From: an uncultured Planctomycetaceae bacterium
GTDB taxonomy: Bacteria > Planctomycetota > Planctomycetia > Pirellulales > PALSA-1355
Length of the DNA stretch: 64,000 nt
Assembly: GCA_963785305.1 (NCBI GenBank)
Contig: CAWAUV010000009.1
Location: forward strand, 320,001 to 384,000
Direction: 5' to 3'
The position numbers and the translations under genes were made by a program. The notes under the pieces are model-generated. The model did not search any database, had not been told where the DNA came from, and saw only the letters and a list, made by a program, of their open reading frames with translations. Numbering within the stretch: the stretch's first letter is position 1; the number at the start of each line of letters is the position of its first letter. Shown here piece by piece: positions 56,617 through 64,000 of this stretch.

Positions 56617-57192
56617 TTAACTGTGCATTCGGGGGGATTCGTCGCCCTCGGCGATGATTTTGGCTTCTTCGACGGCCAATTCTCGCAACCGCGAGCGAAC
56701 TTCGGCTTCGGGCGCGAATAGGGCGGCCAACCGCACATAGACGCCATGGTGCCGCGCCTCGCTCTCGAATAACGACGCGTAGAACTCGCGCAGCCGCTGG
56801 TCCGACACATGCGCGGCCAGCAGCGAAAATCGCTCGCAGCTTCGCGCCTCGATCAGTCCGCCGACGAGCAATCGATCGATCGCCCGGGCCGGATCGCCCT
56901 TGCGCACCAGTTCGTTGAGCTTTCGCCCATACGCGGCCGGCTTGATCGCGCGAAAGCGAATGCCGCGCTCGGCGAGCAGGTCGAGCACAAGCTGAAAATG
57001 CTCCATCTCCTCGATCACGATCGCCGAGAGCTCGCGGCACAGCGCCGCGTGGCCGCCATAGGCGAAGATCAGGCTCATCGCCGTGCCGGCCGCCTTTTTC
57101 TCGCAGTGCGCGTGATCGATCAAAATCGACTCCGGATCGGCGTCGACCTGCCGAAGCCAGCGCGAATCGGTGGTCGATTGAAGACTCAGCAT
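56617..57192 (-). CDS. miaE: tRNA-(ms2io6A) hydroxylase
   Basis: DHAHCEKKAA, EEMEHF, IEARSCERF, SEARH, ends RMHS. Confidence 0.92.
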   Translation of the reverse strand: MLSLQSTTDSRWLRQVDADPESILIDHAHCEKKAAGTAMSLIFAYGGHAALCRELSAIVIEEMEHFQLVLDLLAERGIRFRAIKPAAYGRKLNELVRKGDPARAIDRLLVGGLIEARSCERFSLLAAHVSDQRLREFYASLFESEARHHGVYVRLAALFAPEAEVRSRLRELAVEEAKIIAEGDESPRMHS

Positions 57193-57524
57193 GGCGGGAT
57201 TTCCTTGTTACTCGAGCGCCGGGCCTCGCGGCCCCGATCACGCGGCGCTCAATGTAACGCGCCGCCGGCGAGCGACAAGCCGGGAGCGAGCCGATTGCTC
57301 GCGGAAGCAATTCCATGGCCGAAGCGGCGCCGCAATCGGGCGCCGCCAACCCCATGCTTTGCATGCCATGCCAGCATTCGCGGGGCTTTTTCCGATCGTC
57401 ATCGGACGCGGCTCATGGTCGCGACCGATCGGCGCCGAAAGCAACTGTTAGAGGCCCTAGGACCGGCAAAGTCGATAGCCTCGCGTCCCACGAGCAAATC
57501 GCTCCTCAAGATAAACGGTGAACG

Positions 57525-57802
57525 ATGCGACGGTATGTGGTTGGTCTGCTGCTAGCGCTGGTGGCCGGCGCGGGCCTGGTGAATGTGGGCGCGCGATTCC
57601 AGCCGCGGCGGGGCCCTACGGGATCATTCCCAATGGCTACTTCAAGCATCCCTACCACTGCTGCCCCTACAAGGGAAATTACGAGCCTTGGGGCGTTTAT
57701 TACCGGCCGTTTCCGCCGTATTATCAGCCCTATGTCGCGCCCCCCTGGGGCTGGGGCTACACCCAGCCGCCGCAAAAAGGCATGGGAGTCGGCGTGTATT
57801 AA
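57525..57802 (+). CDS. Small secreted Tyr/Pro/Gly-rich protein (frameshift near 57590)
   Basis: Signal MRRYVVGLLLALVAGAGL in one frame; GPYGIIPNGYFKHPYHCCPY...PPYYQPY... in the adjacent frame. Confidence 0.5.
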
Positions 57803-57840
57803 CAGCCTATCCGAGAGAACATCGGCGAGCCCTCGTCGAG

Positions 57841-57880
57841 CCCTCGCCCTACCCTCTCCCAAAGGGAGAGGGGGAGTTGT
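57841..57880. repeat. REP-like palindrome, same family as 32908-33006
   Basis: CCCTCGCCCTACCCTCTCCCAAAGGGAGAGGGGGAGTTGT between convergent genes. Confidence 0.7.
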
Positions 57881-57965
57881 GGGAGATAGGCTCCAAACGC
57901 ATCCTCGAAGCGGGACCCATGCGCCGACTTGCGGCAGCGCGGCCGCGCCGCGGGATCGCGGAACC

Positions 57966-59525
57966 CTATGCCTCCACGCCCAGCAGTTTGCAGGCTTCTT
58001 CGTAGCCCGCTGCGCGGAAACCCTTCTTGTCGTCGCGGTTGTAGCCATAGGCGCTCGCCGTGACGCGGGCCAGGCCCACGACTTGGCGCCAGCGGAAGGC
58101 CGGGCGGATCGTGCGGTATTCCTCGGTCACGGTGTGGAAGTACTTCTCGCCGTGGAGCCGACCATCTTCGCTCACCGCGTACTTGAGCATCAGCCCAAAC
58201 ACCGGCTCGACCGAATAGCCGCGGTCGCCGTAAATCTGAATCGCGGCGGCGGCGCGCGGTTGGTCGTTGTGGCGGATCGCGTCTTCGGTTTCTGCCAAGA
58301 GCCCCGGCGCGTCTTCGATCTTGATGAGTTTTCGATGTTCGTCGGTCGGATAGGTAGGCGATTTGAACGGCGCCGATTGCACGCCGACATGATACGCGGC
58401 CACCATCAGACCCGAAACCGCGTGGCGGGACTCCGCCGCGCGGGCCATGTTGCGCCAGGCGTTCGTGGCGTCGGACGAATGCACACCGGCCGAGTCGCCG
58501 TGCGTTCGCCAGTCGCCCGGGCCTTGCCGGAGCACGAATTGATTGGCCGCCAGCGAAATCGCTTCGCCCACCACTTCCGGATCGATGCCTTCGGCTAGCG
58601 CCGCGGCAACAGCCTCCGCGGCCTTTTCTTTCGGGCCGTTGTAGATAGTTTGGCTGAGTTTATCGACGGCATCGTCTCCCGGATCGCGCTTGCCGAGCGG
58701 CTTGCCCGCGAGCTTGTAATCGTCGAGCAGCTTGGGCACGAGCGACCGGATCACGGGTTCGGCCTGCTTTTGCGAAATCCGGCGTCCCTCTTCATCGACG
58801 CAGAACCGCACGCATTGGCGCAGCAGCGAGTGGGAATATTCGTTGCCCAAAAGGCCCGCGAGTCCAAATGTGCGGTAGGCGAAGACAAAGCGGTGGACAT
58901 TCAGGTCGTCTTGCACCGCCGGCTGCAGGGCATTGAAGGCGTCGAGCGTCGAGCTGGCCGAGGCGAGCAGCGATTCGCCTTGGGGCACATCGCGCTGCCG
59001 GCAGGCGTCGCGAATCTTGAGGCCCAGGTCGTCGCCGATCGCATGCTCGGCGATATGTTCGGCCAGCGCCATGGCGCGGAGTTGTGTCGCCTTGCAGCCG
59101 CCGGCGTTTTGAATTTGCTGGGAATTGCGATACAGCACCTTGAGCACCGGCAGCGGCTTCCGCGCCGTGGCCAACTGGCGGCTCATTTCGAGCGAGGGAA
59201 GCATGGCCATCGCCGTGTGGAAACCGACATAGTCGCAGCCGCCAAATGCGATCGCATTGGCCAGGGCGCCGGCGCCAATGAGCGTGGGAAGATCGGACTC
59301 GCCCTTGAGAATCTTCGTGGCCAGCAGCGGCTGGAGCCGATCGGCCGGCACGCAACGCATCAGCTCCACGAGCTCGGCGTATTTGCCGGTCGGGATTGTT
59401 TCGGGCCCTTGAGCGGCAAACGCCGCCGAGGAGCCCAGGTCTTGGGCCAGAGTCGCTCCGAGGCCGGCGGCCAACATCCCGCGACCAACATCCGAGAGAA
59501 ACGCGCGACGGTCGAGCGCAGCCAT
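57966..59525 (-). CDS. Hypothetical protein with Tat-like signal
   Basis: DRRAFL twin-arginine motif; His-containing motifs DYVGFH, HGDSAGVH, EDGRLHGEK; GGAG RBS. Confidence 0.75.
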   Translation of the reverse strand: MAALDRRAFLSDVGRGMLAAGLGATLAQDLGSSAAFAAQGPETIPTGKYAELVELMRCVPADRLQPLLATKILKGESDLPTLIGAGALANAIAFGGCDYVGFHTAMAMLPSLEMSRQLATARKPLPVLKVLYRNSQQIQNAGGCKATQLRAMALAEHIAEHAIGDDLGLKIRDACRQRDVPQGESLLASASSTLDAFNALQPAVQDDLNVHRFVFAYRTFGLAGLLGNEYSHSLLRQCVRFCVDEEGRRISQKQAEPVIRSLVPKLLDDYKLAGKPLGKRDPGDDAVDKLSQTIYNGPKEKAAEAVAAALAEGIDPEVVGEAISLAANQFVLRQGPGDWRTHGDSAGVHSSDATNAWRNMARAAESRHAVSGLMVAAYHVGVQSAPFKSPTYPTDEHRKLIKIEDAPGLLAETEDAIRHNDQPRAAAAIQIYGDRGYSVEPVFGLMLKYAVSEDGRLHGEKYFHTVTEEYRTIRPAFRWRQVVGLARVTASAYGYNRDDKKGFRAAGYEEACKLLGVEA

Positions 59526-59856
59526 GGCAAATTCTCCAGCTTTCGACGGGGTTTGTTCGATGGGGATCGAGTTCGTGCTTCCGATTGGCCCGGCGCAAAG
59601 CCGCGCTTCGGAGTCTCGACCCGGTAATTTCTAGAACGGAGGGGCGTTACATGAAAGCGCGAAATTCTCGGCCGAGCGAAAGCTATCCGGCAACTTGCAT
59701 TTAAGCGGCGAAATTATTGTCGAGCGTCGCCGCGGCTGTAACGGTTGGCCGTTATGATAGATAGCGGGCAATCGCCGGCAAGCCTATTGAAATATTCAAC
59801 AGGCTGCCGGTCCCCCCAATATCCCGCGTCGTTCGCATGCCAAGGCTCGTGTTCCG

Positions 59857-61792
59857 ATGAATGCGCCCGTTTCTCCAGCGGCGTGCCCCGATGCCGACGA
59901 AATTCGCCGGTTCTTGCTCGGTGGCGATAATCCCGCGCGCGAATTCGCTGGGCGTGCACCTCGAGGCGTGCGAATCGTGCCAACGGCGGCTGGAAGCGCT
60001 CGACCAACACTCCGGCGAGTTGATCGGTCGCCTCGCCGAGCTCGAGACGCGTTCCAGGCCGCCAAGCGGCGCCGACGAGGCCGCGGCTCGGCTCGTGGCG
60101 GCGGTGCTTTCGGGCGCCGGCTGGAGCGAATCCCAGATCGCGGCCGACGCGGGCAAGGACCTTGCGAGCCGGCTTCTCAAGGGCGTCGTGCGGCTCGACC
60201 GATTCGAACTTCGCGCGGAGTTGGGGGTAGGATCGTTTGGCTATGTGTTCGAGGCTTGGGACCCGCGGCTGCAGCGCGTCGTGGCGCTCAAGGTGCAGCG
60301 GGCCGGCGGCTTGGCTTCGCCCGAGGAGGCACAGCGATTTTTGCGCGAGGCGCGCAGTGTCGCCCAGCTTCAGCATCCGGGCATTATGTCGCTCCACGAA
60401 ACCGGCCAGACCGACGACGGCGTTTGGTACCTGGTATGTGAACATATCCAGGGCCAGACCCTCGAGGAGCGGCTCAAAAGCGGCGCTTTGCCGCCGAGGG
60501 AAGCCGCCCGGATCGCCAGCGAGTTGGGCGACGCCTTGCAGTATGCCCATGAACATGGCGTGGTGCATCGCGACGTGAAACCATCGAACATTCTGCTCGA
60601 TCGCGCGGACCGGGCGCGCCTGATGGATTTCGGCATGGCCAAACGCGCCGCCGACGATTCGACCATGACCTCCGAGGGACGCGTGCTGGGCACTCCGGCT
60701 TATATGTCGCCCGAGCAAGCGGCCGGTAAATCGCACGATGTCGACTCACGCAGCGACATTTACAGCCTCGGCGTCGTGCTCTACGAAATGCTCTGCGGCA
60801 CGCGGCCCTTTCACGGCAATCGCCGCCTGCTGCTGCTGCAAGTCCTGGAAGACGATCCGCGTCCGCCGAGCGCTATCAAGTCGGGCTTGCCGCGGGATCT
60901 CGAGGTGATTTGTCTCAAGGCGCTCGGCAAATCGCCAACGCGCCGCTATGGCTCTGCCCGGGAGATGGCCGACGATCTGCGCCGCTTTTTGCAAGGCCAG
61001 CCGATCTTGGCGCGGCCGATGGGGCCTTTCGAACGCACTCTGCGCTGGTGCCGCCGGTATCCGTTGGCGGTGAGCGTGCTGCTCGCGCTCGTCGTGGGTT
61101 CGTCGGCTGGGCTTTGGTATTTGTCGAGCCTTTCGGAATTTTTCGTGCGGCAAACCGCGCTCGAAAGCGCCCGGCTCGAAACTAAAATGCTCGACGAAGT
61201 GTGGCGGTTCTATAGCGACGAAATTTCGGATCTCGATCCGAAGATCACCCATGTCGCGATCACGGAAAACTATCGCAACGTGCATCCGGCCCTGCCGCTG
61301 CCGGCCACGTTCGCCATCGACCTGGGCGAACGGATCAGCCGCCGCAGTCCGGGCATGAAAGTTCGCGTCTATAGCCGTTATCCCTGGCCGACGCGCAAGG
61401 ATGGTGGTCCCGAAAACGCGCTCGATGTCGAAGCGCTGGCCTGGCTCGAGGCCCGCGCCACGCCGAGCGACGATCCGCCGGCCGAGTTCGCCGAGTTCGT
61501 CAGCGACGAGAACCATCGCAAACTGATCTACTACACGGCCCGGCACATGGAGAAAAGCTGCGTCGCGTGTCACAATTATCCCGAGGGGCGGAGTCCGAAA
61601 AAAGATTGGAAGGAAGGCGATGTGGGCGGAGTGCTCAAGATCGTTCGCCCGCTCGATCGCGAGATTGAAAACACCGAGGCCGGCCTGCGCGGCGCGTTTC
61701 TTCTGATGGGCACGACCGCGTCGCTGCTGCTCGTTGCCAGCGTGGCGGTCTTGGTCGTCGCCGAGCGGCGGCGAAAGGTCGCCGGGCCATGA
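59857..61792 (+). CDS. Ser/Thr kinase with N-terminal zinc finger and extracytoplasmic c-type heme (DUF3365/Tll0287-like) domain (frameshift near 59925)
   Basis: CPD...HLEACESC; GVGSFG, VALK, HRDVKPSN, DFG, GTPAYMSPE; TM; SCVACH...WKEGDVGG; TM. Confidence 0.88.
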
Positions 61793-62442
61793 GCGGTCGC
61801 GAGGATTCCGACGAGCTCGCCCGCGGTGGCGAATCGACTTCGCGCAGTCTGCTGGCCAATGCCCGGCTCGATGTCTCGCAAGCTTGGGAGCGGCTCGTTC
61901 GTCTCTATACACCGCTGGTGGCGTCGTGGTGCGGGCGCTGGGGCGTGGCGCCGCAAGACGTGGGCGATGTGTTGCAAGATGTATTTTCGGCCGTGGCCCG
62001 GCGGCTGGATCGATTTCGCAAAGACCGCCCGGCCGACACATTCCGCGGCTGGCTATTCACGATCGCCCATAATAAGGCGCGCGACCACTTTCGCCGCCGG
62101 GCCGCCGAGCCCAGAGCCGAAGGCGGCGCCGAGGCCATGCGACACTTGCAACAAATTCGCGACGCCAGCGACCCGGCCGAGAGCGATATCGGACCCGACG
62201 ACACGCTGCTCGACGATCTCTTGCGAAGGGCGCTTGAACTGGTGCGGCCCGAGTTTCATGAACGCACTTGGCAAGCGTTTTGGCAGGTGGTGGTCGGCGG
62301 ACGCGCGACCGCCGATGTGGCCGCGGACCTGAAAATGTCGCCCGGCGCGGTCCGCGTGGCGAAGTCCCGCGTGCTCCTGCGCCTCCGCCGCGAACTGGGA
62401 GACGAGCCGGGCGAGGAAGACCATGTCTCGTCCAATGAGTAA
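61789..62442 (+). CDS. ECF RNA polymerase sigma factor
   Basis: TSRSLL, AWERLVRLYTPLV, DVLQDVF, FRGWLFTIAHNK, VRVAKSRVLLRLR; ATGA overlap with the kinase. Confidence 0.92.
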   Translation: MSGREDSDELARGGESTSRSLLANARLDVSQAWERLVRLYTPLVASWCGRWGVAPQDVGDVLQDVFSAVARRLDRFRKDRPADTFRGWLFTIAHNKARDHFRRRAAEPRAEGGAEAMRHLQQIRDASDPAESDIGPDDTLLDDLLRRALELVRPEFHERTWQAFWQVVVGGRATADVAADLKMSPGAVRVAKSRVLLRLRRELGDEPGEEDHVSSNE

Positions 62443-62477
62443 ATGCCGACGCCCTGTTAAATATTTCAACCGGGCGG

Positions 62478-63228
62478 TCAAGAGCGCAATGCGCTATCGA
62501 GCGGCTTGGGGTCCATCGAACTCGTGGCGGGCGTCGTTTGCCCAGGCAGCGCCTCGCTGGTCACGGCGAGCATGGTTTTGAGTTGGCTTTCAATTGCTTC
62601 CAGCAGCGGGTCTTCTTTCGATGCGCGGTTGCGCTCCGGGTTCACCGCGATCGCCTCGCCGATCACGACTGTCGCCTCGACAGGCCGGTAGGCTCGGCAC
62701 TCGTCCGTGAGATCCTCTTCCAGCCGCTCGACGGTTTCGAGTAGCCGATCGGGCGTGGGCGAAGACTCGATATAGTCCGACGGGTAGAACGAAACCTGTT
62801 GGGCCAGATACATATCGGCCAATTGTCGCCAGCGGCGATCGCGTTCGGCGTCGGTGACTTCGCCGCGAGCCATGTCGGGCAAGATCGCGGAGCGAAGCTT
62901 TTTGACGCGTCCCACGACGGTTGTGTCGCGATTGCCTTGCAGCCATTCATTTTCGAGCGGCGAGAGCAGGTGGTCGATCAGCCCCTCGAGCCGTTGGGCC
63001 AACGTGCCCGGCCGCGTGGCTCCGAAATATTCCATCTCCTTGAGCGCCAAGATCGCGAGGCCCAGTTTGATGATCCGTTCGGCTAGCGGCATCTCGCGCC
63101 GCGGGCGCCAGGATAGGCGATGCTCGAGCTCGTCGAGCGTCGGCGCGAGAGCCTTCGCGAGGTCGCCGCGAAAGTGATACCGCAATGCCACCGGATGCGT
63201 GACCACGCGCCCGCCGGGCTTGGCGGGA
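62478..63228 (-). pseudogene. 5'-truncated acyltransferase-associated protein (C-terminal part only)
   Basis: GRVVTHPVALRYHF...YLAQQVSFYPSDY...RLLETVERLEEDL resembles the region after the PlsC domain in planctomycete acyltransferases; no PlsC domain upstream. Confidence 0.55.
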
Positions 63229-63351
63229 ACCAAGACGATCGCCGAGCGCGTCTGGCGGAGCATCGCCGCCGGCCATTTTTATCCCAGCCCCTCGCCCATG
63301 AATTGTTCGGCCTGCGCCTTTCGCGAGCCATGCCGTGACTGGCGGGGATGA
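63229..63351 (+). pseudogene. 3' remnant of a PD-(D/E)xK (RecB/Cas4-like) nuclease gene
   Basis: TKTIAERVWRSIAAGHFYPSPSPMNCSACAFREPCRDWRG* (CxxCxFxxxC); no start; followed by a terminator. Confidence 0.6.
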
Positions 63352-63392
63352 ACGCGACGAACCGACAGTCTGTAAACCGTGACCGCAATCTA

Positions 63393-63430
63393 CCCGTCCG
63401 CGCCGCAATCCACGGCGCGGGCGGTTTTTT
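63393..63430 (+). terminator. Intrinsic terminator
   Basis: CCGTCCGCGCCG-CAATCCA-CGGCGCGGGCGG followed by T7. Confidence 0.8.
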
Positions 63431-63600
63431 TAGCTATTGCGAGAATTCGCACCCCGGCCCGAGCGCTCGTCGGCACGAAAGGTTTCAATGACTTTGCCGC
63501 TTCAAAAAAAGCGAGCTTCACGGCAAACGCCGCATCGGACTTTCCCGCGCCGACCATGGAAGTCGCCCGCACGAAAATCAGCAACACTTTCGGCGCATCT

Positions 63601-64000
63601 CTACTCGCCCGCGAGCTGTTCTAAATCGTCCGCCAGCTCCCGCAGGGCGGCTAGCGGATCGTCGAGGGCATGCTTTTCGGCGAAGCGACGAGCGGCCTCA
63701 CCGTAGTTGGGCGACGCGAGCACTTGTCGCAGTTTCGTTTCCACGGCCGACGGATTGCCTGGGTCGGCGAGGTCCGCAAAACCTTCCTGACGCGCTCGGC
63801 GAGCTTGCATGAGCTGTTCCCAGTAGAGCGGTAGCAGGAAGGAGGGCTTGCCGGCGAGCAGCATCGCGGCGAGCGTTCCGTGCCCGCCGTTAAGAATCGC
63901 CAAGTCGCACTCGGCCGCGGCTTGGCAAATGTCGAGCGGCTCGCGATGGAAATGCAAGTTCACGGTAGCATGACGCCGCTCGAGCGCGGGATCGAAGCGA
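63601..64000 (-). CDS. GT-B glycosyltransferase C-terminus, 5'-partial
   Basis: CDLAILNGGHGTLAAMLLAGKP..LPLYWEQ. Confidence 0.8.
   Translation of the reverse strand, partial: RFDPALERRHATVNLHFHREPLDICQAAAECDLAILNGGHGTLAAMLLAGKPSFLLPLYWEQLMQARRARQEGFADLADPGNPSAVETKLRQVLASPNYGEAARRFAEKHALDDPLAALRELADDLEQLAGE

Noticed and set aside
63300..63430. Possible sRNA explaining the orphan + strand terminator
   Set aside because: Better explained as the 3' end of the truncated nuclease-like gene at 63229-63351.

Overview
High-GC bacterial chromosomal DNA, almost certainly a planctomycete (DUF1501/DUF1549-DUF1553/PPC cluster, DUF1559 prepilin-like protein, BBP7-like beta-barrels, planctomycete 'ExxEDRRLLA' signal motif, kinase-ECF pair). 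Many genes are broken by single indels, which looks like long-read assembly error rather than mass pseudogenisation. Bases ~12400-64000 are mostly ordinary genes (sulfatase-related cluster, CdsA, glutathione peroxidase, class II photolyase, mdh, thyX, M16 peptidases, SbcD/YhaN-like pair, miaE). The notable part is a ~10.3 kb island (2043-12322) bounded by a perfect 18-bp direct repeat and lacking any integrase. It holds AT-richer orphan ORFs and two RAYT-like (HUH Y1) elements, one intact and one internally deleted, each bracketed by its own AAAGGGG-initiated inverted repeat that also supplies the -35 box of an apparently leaderless promoter. A 20-copy 14-bp tandem array grows out of one repeat end. 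Four secondary invaders are present: IS701-like, IS66-like, IS630, and a group II intron inserted inside a RAYT terminal repeat with an EBS1 complementary to that repeat. Other points: a sigma-54 promoter with paired palindromes upstream of a PEP-CTERM gene, a Zn-finger/Ser-Thr kinase/c-type-heme fusion coupled to an ECF sigma factor, and a head-to-head chimeric junction at ~63228.
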